Translations under genes and position numbers: made by a program
In this document: positions 26,189-42,176 of the stretch, in pieces
How the letters are laid out: each line of letters starts with the position of its first letter
How positions within the stretch are numbered: the first letter of the stretch is position 1
The notes under the pieces: model-generated
Told to the model about the DNA's origin: nothing
The model's input: the letters and a program-made list of their open reading frames with translations, nothing else
The model's database searches: none
From: Tubulanus polymorphus
Taxonomy: Eukaryota; Animalia; Nemertea
Direction: 5' to 3'
DNA: 64,000 nucleotides
NCBI RefSeq assembly: GCF_964204645.1
Contig: NC_134028.1
Span: forward strand, 21,076,345 to 21,140,344

Positions 26189-26649
26189 TTGACCTATAAA
26201 TTGAACATAGAGTTGACCCGATTAAGTGTAACCAGAGTTGAATGGACAGCATAGCCTCCACATAGCTTTAGTTGGCTACGAATTAACAGTCATTGGCCTA
26301 TCTACGTGGTAGAATTGTTAAAATAGTCTACAAAATGAGTAGAGAAATAGATACGATATTCTTTTCAGAATTGTCTGAATTTATCGATTTTTACTGTTGT
26401 TGTTGCTTATTTTCTCAGGGATTAAACCCATAGAATGTACATCTTATCATCGCCTATATCTACCAGTATGTGTGTATAATAGCTGACGGTTTTTTCATCT
26501 ATAACAACACTTACCGCTGAACAGCTGTGGGGAAATGTTGGTAAACGTTGTTACTTATCCATCTTGTATGAGTTGTTGATCGACTGCCACTACCGGGGGT
26601 TACTTTTATGTTGTGTAACACGAGATGAGACTCTCTCTCGTGCAACTGG

Positions 26650-27078
26650 TACTTATTGAAGTACAACTCCGAGGCAATCGGTAATTATTGAAGTAAGAGT
26701 CGGAAGAAACCGTACTTATCGAAGTATGAGTCGGAGGAAACTAGTGCTTATCGAAGTAGGAGTTGATGGAAGCTGGTACTTATCGTAGTACAACTCGGAG
26801 GCAATTGGTAATTATTGAAGTACGAGTCGGAGGAAACCGTACTTATCAAAGTACGAGTCAGAGGAAACTAGTGCTTATCGAAGTAGCGGTTGATGGAAAC
26901 CAGTACTTATTAAAGTACAACTCGGAGGCACCGGTAATTATTGAAGTACGAGTCAGAAACAAATCCGTACTTATCGAAGTACGAGTCAGGGGAAAACTGT
27001 ACTTATCAAAGTACGAGTCAGAGGGAACTAGTGCTTATCAAAGTGTGCGTCGTTGGTAAGTGCTTATCGAAGTACAAT
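26650..27078. repeat. 31-32-bp minisatellite with a 4-unit (~127 bp) higher-order period
   Basis: Unit about GTACTTATCGAAGTACGAGTCGGAGGAAACYR, roughly 13 copies. Confidence 0.9.
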
Positions 27079-28897
27079 TCAATTTTTGATTGCCGCGACC
27101 AATTGCTGATTTTTGACAGGGTCTAATACGGCTGGGGCGAATTTACTTCTATTTCGTCAAAAACATAATATATAGAAAGAAAAAAACCTCATTCAGTAAA
27201 TTATTGCAGTTGCTACAGTTCCAACGCCACTGGAGCTGGAGGAAACCGCACTTAGCCAAGTACGAGTCAGAGGAAACCAAGCTAATCAAAGCACTATATG
27301 ACCCAAATTAGGAAATTGTGACAAAGCGATTAAGGGGAATTCCTGTGACCTAAATTTAAGGGAATAAAGGACAAAAAGCCGAGCCCGAATTGTGGGCCAG
27401 ACTTGACACTAGACAGTGGTTGAAACATCGGGTGCGAAATCAGATAGATAGATATAGGAAAATGAATCAATGTTGATGTGTCAATATATCAAATACAGAT
27501 GTTATTAATGGTGTGAATTGAATACATTCAAAACATATGCGTCGAGTCGTCGTCGTCTCTCCTTCAACAGTGACTCGATCTCTATCTATACACAATACAG
27601 CGTACAGATAGACAGCCGAGAAACGATGCCATATTGAATATTTCGATTTCATTCATTCACTTACCGCGATAAATGTGTCCGATGTTCAGTTTCTCATTCG
27701 GTTCGACAAAAATACTTTAAAACGTTTTTCTCTCTCGAATGTCACCACGCCTACAAAATATGAAATATAAGACGACATTTTATTCACCGGCCACAGCATT
27801 CAAAGTCCCGATATGAAGATGAGGTTACACAGTTTCAAAACATTTCATAATATCCGCAGGTAATAACTAAGCATCTGATTATAAATGAATTGAATAAGGA
27901 ATGAGGCTTCGCACGTTGAGTAAGGCCAGGTCCATTGCGCTCCGGTCTATCGTCTACGACATGACCTACCTAAGGGACTCAGTTTCGATCATCTACACTT
28001 AGGATAGGCCTATGTTTAGGACAGCTTTTAACTCGGAGCATTTTATAATTGGAAATGAAGTAACAGATGAACCATATACATCCCGCATTAGACATTTCAT
28101 GATCAGCACTCTTTCAAAAACTACTTCTGGTTTGTTACGGGACCGGGTGTAGGAAAACCTTGTTAGGGCTAACCATGGTTCGTGAAGTGAGGTTAGGCAT
28201 AAAACGATTTCGCGCCACATCTTATTTCAGGCTAGCATGGATAGGCCATGGTTAGGCGAACGGGGTTTTCTGCCCTCGCCCGAGATTGACATACGCCGAG
28301 TACCCCCCCCCCCAAAATATACGGTCTGAAGATGAACACTGTGTATGTGTCTACTAACACACACACACACACACTCAGTATCGCTGTAAACACAATTTTT
28401 TCCGCAAGCATTCGACGATGATATCAAAATCCGCCACGCGCTTTACCCTACTAGCGTTTCCATAGCAACAGTCGGCCGGCTAACGCTGCTAACGACAGTA
28501 AGATTCAAACTACGCCGGCAGCCGAGCAGCGAATATATCGGGCGGTATCATCTTTGCCGCTAAGCAATCAAGGACGCGCGATATTATATGAAATCAATCA
28601 ATGGATCGCGAAGCAATTTACTGCCACATTTGTTTTTATCAGCACAATTTCCTGCCGCGGTAATAACGCTTATAATCGACCGAAAATCGTATTAGTCTCG
28701 AAATAGCGGATTATATCGTATACGTATCGATATACTTCGTCCGGGATTGAAACGGGGAAGTATCACTTCCCCGTTTTTTAAGAGGGAAATCAAAAGCGAA
28801 AATTTCCGTACGTTTCATCGGACGTCATCGAAATACACGCAAACAGCGCACGTACATGACCAGTGTGGACCCGCGCTCATTGGCCAGAGCTGGTGAC

Positions 28898-29350
28898 CAG
28901 GAGCCAGTTCCATAGTCTTGGCTTAGACTTGAGACCAGTCTAAGACCATGTTAGTTCTATAGCCAATCTAACAACATAAGAACAATCTTAAGACTTAGGC
29001 CAACTCATGGACTTAAGTCTCGACTGTACAACCGGCCCCTGGTATCCAAATTAACCATATTGCTGCTAACCCTAGGCCAGTTCCATAGAGTCATGGCTTA
29101 GACTTAAGACCAGTCTAAGACTATCTTAGTTCTATATAGCTAATCTAACAGCTTAAGACCAGTCTTAATATTTAAGACAAACACTTTTGGACTTAAGTCT
29201 CGATAATGGAACCAGTCCCTGGAGCCGGTTCCATAGTCTTGGCTTAGTCTAAGACCATGTTAGTTCTATAGCCAATCTAACAACATAAGACTAATCTTAA
29301 GACTTAAGCCAACTCATTGACTTAAGTCACGACTGTGGAACCAGCCCCTG
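28898..29350. repeat. Three adjacent copies of a ~130-150-bp fold-back (palindromic) MITE-like element
   Basis: Copies 28898-29041, 29072-29221 and 29219-29350 begin GGAGCCAGTTCCATAG and end TGGAACCAGCCCCTG-like, with internal CTTAAG/TAAGAC repeats. Confidence 0.8.
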
Positions 29351-29923
29351 ATTGTTAAAAATGATGAGACGGGTACAACTCATCAACTTAGGTATCGTCA
29401 AATATCATCTCAGATTACAACGGTATTTATTCTGTAACCAGTCATACATATCACCAAAAATTCATAAAGACTAGTCTTATGAATTTTTGATATCACTCAT
29501 AACAAACAGTATACAGTAATTCAAGCTCAACTTTTCAATTCATCAGTCGTTAATTCCGTAGGAGCATTTATAATGTACATCATGCATGATCTCCTGACTT
29601 TTCCTGATTTTCGTGAATAGAGTCAGAATTCCCCGATTTCCCAGATCTGTAAGAACTCATATATAAGTGGTCTATCATATATTCGAATGAATGAATGAAT
29701 ATACATGTACAGCAGACAGTGATGAATCAGGTGTAACTATTCTACCCCTTTATACAAGTCAAGCTGGTGTCACATGCGGGATCTTTAAAACCTATCACAT
29801 AACCGCACGCTCCGACACGTACGTACGAACGTACGTGGGTATTTATCATGCTTCCACACAACAAGAACGTACATGTATGTGTACGTGGATGTCGAGGAAA
29901 CAAACGATGACATCGTATGCAAC

Positions 29924-30660
29924 ACCTCCACTGAACTAGGTTGGATCTGGTAGATCTAAGACAATACCTCCACTGAACTAGGTTGGATCTAGTAGATCTA
30001 AGACAATACCTCTACGTAACTTGGTTGGATCTGGTAGATCTAAGACAATACCTCCACTGAACTAGGTTGGATCTAGTAGATCTAAGACAATACCTCTACG
30101 TAACTTGGTTGGATCTAGTAGATCTAAGACAATACATCTACTGAACTAGGTTGGGTCTCGTAGATCTAAGACAATACCTCTACGGAATAAGGTTGGGTCT
30201 GGTAGATCTAAGACAATGCCTCTACTAAACTAGGTTGGGTCTCGTAGATCTAAGACAACACCTCTACGGAATAAGGTTGGATCTGGTAGATCTAAGACAA
30301 TACCTCTACTGAACTAGGTTGGATATAGTAGATCTAAGACAATACATCTACTGAACTAGGTTGGGTCTCGTAGATCTAAGACAACACCTCTACGGAATAA
30401 GGTTGGATCTGGTAGATCTAAGACAATACATCTACTGAACTAGGTTGGGTCTCGTAGATCTAAGACAATACCTCTACTGAACTAGGTTGGGTCTGGTAGA
30501 TCTAAGACAATGCCTCTACTGAACTAGGTTGGGTCTGGTAGATCTAAGACAATGCCTCTACTGAACTAGGTTGGGTCTGGTAGATCTAAGACAATGCCTC
30601 TACGGAATAAGGTTGGATCTGGTAGATCTAAGACAATACCTCTACTGAACTAGGATCTAG
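29924..30660. repeat. 42-bp tandem satellite, about 17.5 copies
   Basis: Unit ACCTCTACTGAACTAGGTTGGATCTGGTAGATCTAAGACAAT; contiguous with no spacers. Confidence 0.95.
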
Positions 30661-33600
30661 AAGGCCAGGTCTTAATCGAGATCGAAAAACCCCCAAAATC
30701 GAAAAGGCACAATTCATAACCTGCTAACATATCTACGTCAATTTGACGCGATGTATCGTGATATGTCGACATTAATATGGTGACTTTATGAGTTGGCACG
30801 CGTCAATTGGCGGCGCCTTATCGCAACCGCACATTTCTTTCGGATAATTTTGGATCATGTTTTAATGAGGACAACGATTTCAACTTAGTCGATTTCAACT
30901 TAGTTTAACCTTTTTCGAATTAGTAAGGTTGTCTATTGAATTAACAGGAAAAAACCGCCGAGACCTAAAACGGAATCAGGTAGCTGATAATGCAATTAAA
31001 TGTCTTCATGAACGAACCATGAAAGATGATGATCTTCTATAAACATTCTAACATTCACTGAAGAAGTGCTTCTTTTTATATATCTCTTCGATCCATGAAA
31101 ACAGAAGAGAACTAGAAGAGATTGCTGTCAGGGTTAGGTAAAAGATTGCTGTTAGGGTTCGGGGAAGCTGATTCTGCTGCGAAGATGAAGTGGTTGAAAA
31201 ATAGCACAGAACGAGATACCCGTATCTGATCTAACACTCCAACGCACGAATACCGGCTCATCACAACATCCTCAACAAGTCAACCTTTTTAAACGCATTT
31301 TTAGTGCTTCCAGCGTAAAAAAATACCCGGTCTTTCAGTTTCGTAATAAAACAGATTCACTGTTAAATCAAGACAGTTTTCCAGAGAAACCTGATTAAAC
31401 GTAGACAACTGGGTCATTCATTTACACCACTAGTAGGCCAGTACCAAGTCATGATTTCCGCAAGCCGTACATAGAATTCGAGAAATTCTCTCGATAAAAG
31501 CCTATTTCTTTCTGAGGTCTATAATGTAATCGCATGGTTTAATGGGCCTGGGCCCGGATAGGCCTAACTCTAAAAACCATCTCAATTCCTCTTTCATTAG
31601 GCTGCCAACCTCTGCCAAAAATGATATCGGTAACAAATTGAATTCATTTCAGTAGCCATTCATAGAAATATGAAGGAAAAGGTGGTCCTAATCAGCATCA
31701 ACAGTAAGACCCTCTCAGTAACATCTCTCTTTCATATTTCTGTAAGCATCCAACAAATCGGATCAGTATATCTCGTTATAAAATAGCAACAAATACTGAA
31801 AATCAGGAACAGTTGGCAGCTTTGTTAATTCAGTTTTTAAGTTTTTCAGACTTGATACTTTGTGTGAAATAACGGGCGATTAGAACTGATAAATTTGACA
31901 TATTTGCCGGTCGATTATCAGTGACAATTGCTAATAAAACCAGCATAGCAGAACGAAAGAATTCAATTCAACAACAACAACAACAGGCCTGACACAAATG
32001 ACAGCTCTTAATGTGTCCCGTTTTTATGAGTATTTATAGATTCGAAATACACGTCATTTTTACCGTCTTTTAAATCTCAACGAAGACGGCTATATCCATG
32101 AAATATAACGGTTGAAATAAAACCGGTAGCTAGTCACACTGCCGCGGCGTGGTCGAACTCAGTCGATCAAAAACACAACGTACAGCAGCCATCGATATCA
32201 GTGTATCACAATCCATCCGTCACATAATCATAATCCAGGATCGGGGGAAGTTATCACCGACCGAGTAGGTATGCACGTACACTCTCCTCGCTATAGCGGC
32301 AGTCAATACCGGGTGAAATATCGTCGTGTCAGATTATCGGATATTCAACATAAACACCGCGATTCGGTATAGTAGAGGCAGGCTACGCGCGCGCGCGAAA
32401 TGTCACACGGAGCGCGAGAGGATATATTCCATTCATATCTAAACGGCTCTGAATGTGCCGCGCCGAGAGACTCGAGGCGCGCGCGCACTCGGACTGCCGG
32501 ATCGATATCAGAAAGATTAATCGAACGCCGGCTGCGTTTATTCTCGACGAGAAGAAAATTCTCGTGCCTCGGGTAAAATTACGGACGATCGAAAAAATGA
32601 GTTTAAATTCGAAAAATAATTCGCTTTTTTTTCTCCTTTCTGCTTAGCTTAAGATTTTAACGCGGCCGACCGTCTATCTCTACCCTGTACATTACTTTTT
32701 TTCTTAATCGTGATCAATTTTATCATCGCAAACCCGGCAGCTATAGAAATAAACTGATTACAAATCATATTGCCGATTAGTTGAAACTAGGTATCATTTT
32801 CGTTTACCCTGGCCTTATCAAAATAAAATTTTTCAATTGACTTGGCTGGATTTTTTTCAGGCCCCCGAATACAAACATATCAAAATTAGCAGTCGACTGT
32901 TTTGATATTTTTTCATGTCTTCAGTCAGTTGTTACCAATCCGCACGCTTTTCAAAAAGTAATGTACAGGGTTTTGAGAAGACAAGAAAAGACCAGAGCAA
33001 ATCGGATTTTGTAACGATTGAACTTTCTAATATAAACTAGAGGCTACGTACGCCTAAAGTCTGGAAAAAGCTCCCCAATACAAACAGTTGCATTCGCGCA
33101 GAACAACGTTGTATTCGGATGATTTTAGAGGCTTTAACTGCAAAACTGAAGTTTATGATGATTTACTGTGAGTTTATATGGTAAATACTAAAAGTAGGAA
33201 CGGAGATAAAATACAAGCCTCTTAAACTATTTACATAATCAACTTTATACTGAATCGGCAATAACTGTCAGTATTGGGAAACGTCGCATTAATAGAAACT
33301 CAATTTTCAATGTCTAAACCTGAAATTCACCGTTTCAGAAAATGATTTTACAACGATTTTACTATCAACTTGGGTATGAGATGGTCCCCGGGACATGAGG
33401 GGGGTGCAAGTTTCGTTAATTATTTACAGATGGCAGCACTATCAAACGCCGAGCCAGCCATCGAGATCAATTTTTTGGCGGTGAACAGCAACGACGCAGT
33501 AGAGCACACACACTCTTCCACAGTACAGCGCTGTAAAACTGTATCATAAATTAAACAGTGAGCGAGAGCATTGCGATGTAGACACCACCACAGACTAGGC

Positions 33601-36569
33601 CTCTCCATGTACTAACCACTGAGGCTGAGGAGCGAGCGATATTGATTTTAAAATCCAAATCTAGTTCTCACACACAGAAGCAGCAGCAGCAGCTATGTTG
33701 TTATTGTTGTTATCACTGCTGTATATTTGAAGCGGAAATCAAGCCTTGTACATGGAATTACAATACATGACAAAAATGGCAGTAACCTAGGAAATATATT
33801 ACACAGTCAATATATATCCTCAGGGCAATCAGACCGTGTTATATTGACTATTGCTAGGCAACTCACTCGAAGAAGCAGGCAGCTCCTGCGTCTGAGGTTC
33901 TGTGGAACGTTTAGTTCAATACTAATCAAGAACAGCCGAAAATCCAGGAATGGGGGGCCTTTAAAACTGTGCGCTACACGAATATGTGCCCAGATACTTT
34001 TTAAGGGGCCCCCACTGCGAAAATAATGAAAACCACGGATCATTCTCTGAGCATCTAGAGTGATTCGAAAACCAAATTACCAGCGATAAGTTCTAGGCCT
34101 ACTAGCCAGATTGCGAATAGGTTATTTTGGTAGGGATAAGGGCCTTATATATGCCACAATAACATCAAGGGGAGCCCTCAAAATCAGATAGACCTCTTAT
34201 ACAGTTTTGATATGAAATTATTTGGCACCAGGGATTACTGTCTAATGAAAGAGAATTATCAAATGAATTCTTTATGTTACGTTTTAATTCAAATTTCAAA
34301 AAATCCAAATCAGGGCTTCCCATATATGTTATCGTTCACAAAAACATTAAAGGCTGTTGCTCGAACTTAACCAATACCAATGCCCTGAAGTTCTATCCTG
34401 TACGGCCCGTCTAAACTAGAATGTGTTGAAATTTTCATGGCGGCAGTCAGCGTCTGGAATGCTTAACTCCGCTTAAAATGAACTGGAAAGAAGCCCTCCT
34501 CAAACACAGTCTAATAAACTCTCGCCTTAACCCTATATTCCAGTGTATATAACCTACATAGCTTACACAATTCCAGGAGAACCTACTAATAGACCTGACA
34601 TAGCTTTTACCAGAACGGGTGACATCAACATAGCATAGATAGAGTCTATAGAGCCGATAGATAAGTATTTCCGGCTACTGCTGAAAAAATTCTCTGATTA
34701 AAAAATATTCTTATCTATTTTTCGTGGGGACCTATAAAGATTAGAAAACTAAGGTCAGACAAAGAAATACCAACTGGTTGCGGGGAAGGAGGCTACGGTG
34801 GCTTCATCTGGTTTTTATGAACTTATCATGTTCTTCAATTCAACTTCCAAGGCCAAGGGTGGGACACATGTCATCAAAAATATCCAGTAAAATATCCGGA
34901 AAAACAGGGCCAGGGAAAAAAAAACATTACAACAGACAGTACTTCATAAGGAACACTAAAACAGTGGTCTATTTGCTGAGAAAGTCTTGTTGACGTTGTA
35001 TCTATTCGAATATTTGAATAGAAATTTTAAGGTCAGACTCCTTGTCGTCCTTGTGTCTCCAGCCAGCAGGCTTACCAAACCAGCGTCCCCGCCGAACAAT
35101 GCGGCTAGAACGTGACGGATTAAATACAAGAAAAACCAGCACTTACCTCTAAAGTAATTTTGTAACTCAATATGTTGTCAGAACATATGAAAAAACATCT
35201 ACTAAACGAGTCGTTTCACACAAGTGGATCTCAATCTCGGGTACACACGAAACTAGGTCACTGTGGCATAGGAGGCAGCACTATACGGTTTAATAATTTT
35301 AATTTTTCGGTGCGGAATAATCGCGCCGTATAAATATTCTTCTACCGTCATGAGTCTATGCTAATAGATTTTGCAAAATTTACGAAAACTAGGATTGATA
35401 AAGCCGAAAGAGTGATATTTTAAGAATAATGAATATGGTTCTAGGAGTCGATTTAGATTTAACACGACGGGTTATGATGATTTACCTTCTTGAAGTAAAA
35501 AAAAAATGGCCTGAACCAGGACTTTTTTTTCTATAAAAGAATGAGTTAAAAAAGTATATTTATTTGTATCGGGTTATATCTATTTTTCTAGGGGGACTGA
35601 GAGCGACGGGTCTTTACAGCGATTTTTCTCGAAAAACTGTTGAGGCCCGGAAAAAGTGGAGGTCTTATGAATGAATATTCAATAATGTTTATGAATATTC
35701 TATTCTGTATATATAAATCCATTGATAAGCAAGAGGATCTTTTGCAAAAACAACTAAGCAGGCCTAGTTACCTAAATTTCAAACTTCATATTCAGTCGTT
35801 GAGCCAGAGAAATCCCAAGTCAAATCTCTTTTATCTATCTGCTAAATACAACGAGACAAGTTATCTAATGGGGTATACATATAGTATAATTGCACGAGCT
35901 TTCGACTTGCTAAGTTCGTTACAAATTGATTCAATGCGTAAACCGATTTTCAGTCCACACTAGAACTCTTTGCTCAGCGAATGCGTCTTAGCATCTTAAA
36001 AAGGCAGCGTCGTGATAACTCATGTGCCAACAGAAAAATCTAAGCAAATTAAGTGCTGTATTTAATTATTTTCAGACTTAGATAATTCAATATGATTTTC
36101 AGACCATAAATGATAATCAATATTTTACTAGCGGCGAATTTACGTAGGACTCCTCTCCTAAACGGACTCTAAATGCTGCGCTAAGAAATTGGTACCGGGG
36201 TAGGCCTATAGCCTTTCAACCGACCAAATCACACCGTGCGCTTCTGGACAGATGATCTGTACAAAGATGAATCCTCGTCATATCAGTGACGTCCTGGCGA
36301 CCCCTACTGCTTTTTTGGCCAGGTCTTGACGATCAGCTTTTCTAAGGATTACAAAGCCTGAGGGGTGAATACAAGCAGCAGATTTATACATTGTAGCTAC
36401 CAAGTCACACAAGAGTTAACTTGCAACAACCAAGGTATCCTACTTCCCAAGGATCGAGACTTCGAGAGTAGATTTTGAGAAGTAATCAACACTAGAATCT
36501 GAATTAAATTCACAGATGATGAATAATATTCATTTTAATTGATCTCAATTTTACAACAAATTTCTGAGT

Positions 36570-39398
<2,829 letters not shown>

Positions 39399-40544
39399 GA
39401 TGAATTACTGCAGTCTTTTGCACCACTTCTTCTGCAAATAGGTTTCAACAGAAAATCTATTAGTATATCAATTCACAAACCTCTATAAGGGCTAGGTTGT
39501 TTTATCGATAATTTATGATCTACTTTAGATTACAACTGATTTGATAGCAGTGTAGTCTCTTGTAACCAGCCAACTTTTGCCTGTATCTTAACAAGCTATA
39601 CGAACATGAAAATCAGTTTTTTTTTTAACGCTCAGGCTATTTTTACGACGCTGTAAACGGACGACCCGAGCTATATTTACGACGTTTCATTATGATTGGC
39701 TAATCCACGGTGCGCGAAAATTCAAGGCAAGTGTGGAGAATGGAGTTAGAGAAAATAGAACGGATAGAGCAAGACTCAAACCGGGCCAGTTAATTACTAG
39801 CGCAGCATCATACCACTTAGTCAGTAACCTGTAACTACATACCACTAGACCTACGAGCTTGCTGGAAACCGGACGAATGTTTTAACGACATAGCCTCACC
39901 TTACCCTAATCCTATCCCTAGGGGCTAAAACGGACCCTTACCCCCTGGACCCTCTTGCCACTAATCCTCTATCTCCTCTCTAGACCATATATTCCTTTAT
40001 AAAACTAATCCTAAATTCAATATGAAACCGCCTTAAATATAGAATTTACAACCGCTTTACAACGCCATAAATATAGCCAAATATATGAACTTCAAAATTA
40101 TTCTTTTTTTAATGAAGATTCTTTTTTTCTCCAGCTTGCAAAAAAAGCCTGGCTGAACTGAAGGTTTAATTTACATTTTGCGACACAATTTTACTCTTTT
40201 TACTCAACCTGAAGGCCTAATTCATTTTTTTTTCATTTCGGGTCAATGCCAAAAACATAAGTGGGTGCTTGTTTAATGCACAATGTCAATGATTTGATTC
40301 AGTTCGATCAGACTGTTGCTCTGTCTGGCTGGAAGGCGAAAGCACGTTTGAGAGAGCGGGGAGGACTGTCGATACACAAATGCGATTGGAAGATAGGATT
40401 TAAGAAATTAAAACTGGGTCAAAGGGGAATTTCACATTCTATACATTTAGTTTTATAAAATACACGAGAATTTGAATCAGACAGTGACGCAGACAGATCG
40501 AAAATCGTGAAGAAAACGGCAGCGAATATTTAGGCCACACTTAC

Positions 40545-40610
40545 CGGGAAATGGCTGAACACCGGAAAGAGGAAGTTAAACCTGATCACCACGTGTCTTT
40601 GATATCGATC
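40545..40610 (-). promoter_or_regulatory. RPS9 non-coding first exon with TCT initiator / 5'TOP tract and upstream DRE-like element
   Basis: Minus strand reads CTTCCTCTTTCCGG (TSS about 40571), then a ccg|GTAAGT donor at 40543-40544; TATCGAT at about 40603-40609. Exon 2 acceptor starts at 39431. Confidence 0.85.
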
Positions 40611-41164
40611 CGCCGTCTCTGCACAGCCTGTGGCAAGCGATGTTTGACCACCATTTCATCCCCGAAAGGCCAAAATTCGGCCCAGAGATTAATTCATTAT
40701 TTGATGTTCTCGTGAAACTATTCACATATATATTTTTGAGCTTTCTTTTAAAATGTTCAATATTTAAATAATACATGGAGGAATTATTTTATCTTGCGCA
40801 TGGTTCGACGAATTACTTTAGTTGAATCCCACTAATTCAGTGGTGAAATGACAGAAACGGATCAGATTTTAAAGACTTATTACAAAATAGCAGTCTTGAT
40901 GAAAAAGTAACTATCTATTGTCATATTAGCCGTCTTTAATTCTATAGTACATTTGTAATCGTATAAGAATCAGATTATGTAGAAGTCGAAGAACAATCGT
41001 AAATGTTTTGGCCCTACTGTTAATATTAGGTATAAATCTGTAACATTGATAAAATTAGATTTTAAATCAGATAAAAAGTGACCAATGTTGACGATGGAAG
41101 AAATATAGATTTCTAATTTTGTTTTATTAACAGTTTCATTTCGTGCACCATAAAATGAAAATTA

Positions 41165-41340
41165 GCGTTTTGACAAAATGGCGCGTCATTCGCAATGAAA
41201 TTTGTTTGACTTCTTACATTTTCTTCTGCTAAAATGATCGAAACTCACTCTAAAATCTGATGCAAAAGGTAAAAAATAATACGTCGCATACGAGAGAAAT
41301 AGCTTAGATCTTTGTTAAGCTCGAAACATTGGCGAAAATT
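41165..41340 (+). promoter_or_regulatory. ATAD5 promoter and putative non-coding first exon (donor after 41268)
   Basis: YY1-like AAAATGGCG(CG) at 41175-41185, E2F-like TTGGCGAAAA at 41329-41338, aag|GTAAAA donor at 41269; divergent from the RPS9 TSS. Confidence 0.5.
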
Positions 41341-42176
41341 AGCTTCAAAGACGTCTGACTGACATTTTTGTTAAAATCGCGCCATCTATTCTATGCCTTA
41401 AAAGTCTCAGTCTACTTTTAGTTTTGTTAGTTAGTGCAGTCTCAATACACCAACATACCTAATTTATACTGTATCAAAGGTGTGCAAAAATGTCTAATCT
41501 AGCCATAAATCCCTGTTCAGTCTGTGAAACCCCCTTGTCAAACAAGTGAAATAGGCGCCCTACGGCTAACTCCGGAAGATCCATTGCTCCAAAAATCCAA
41601 ATGCAGTTAAAAAGCTGCTCCCAACTCTGAGGTCGCATTTCTCTGACGTCCCAATACTCCGTACAATTTATTTGTAAGGGTCACGTAAGCAGGACTGAAC
41701 TTAGATTTTATTAGGAAAGCTAGGCGTATAGTCATAGAAATAAAATTGAAGTAAACATTTGATTTTAAATAACATCTCTAAAAATGTTTTATTGATTTAT
41801 ACAATAACATAATGCATATGATAGGACTGATACAAGGTACGACGACTTTATGGTAATTCTCCATTTTGGAAATACCGTGGCCAGGCGAGTTGTTTCAAAA
41901 CAGTTTGCTCAAACCTAAACATCTCCCCATCTGAAACCCCTTAAATAATGTTCATCAATGTCGTGATTGAGATTATATGTTCCCTTTAAATGTGATTTCG
42001 GAGTATTGAGTATTAGGACTTCGGAGTAATGGGACTTCAGAGTAATGAGTATGTACCAGGACTTGGTTTTGTTAAAGGACTGCTATGAAAGTTCTATTGT
42101 ACTGCAGTTAACTAACCTATACATTGCTTTTCTTACAGAATATCTGGATATATACTGCGCGTCGAGTATGTGGTGA

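Noticed and set aside
26763-27126. Repetitive ORFs on the plus strand
   Set aside because: Products of the 31-32-bp minisatellite; no splice or homology support.
29924-30660. CRISPR-like array
   Set aside because: Units are contiguous with no unique spacers, there are no cas genes, and the context is eukaryotic.
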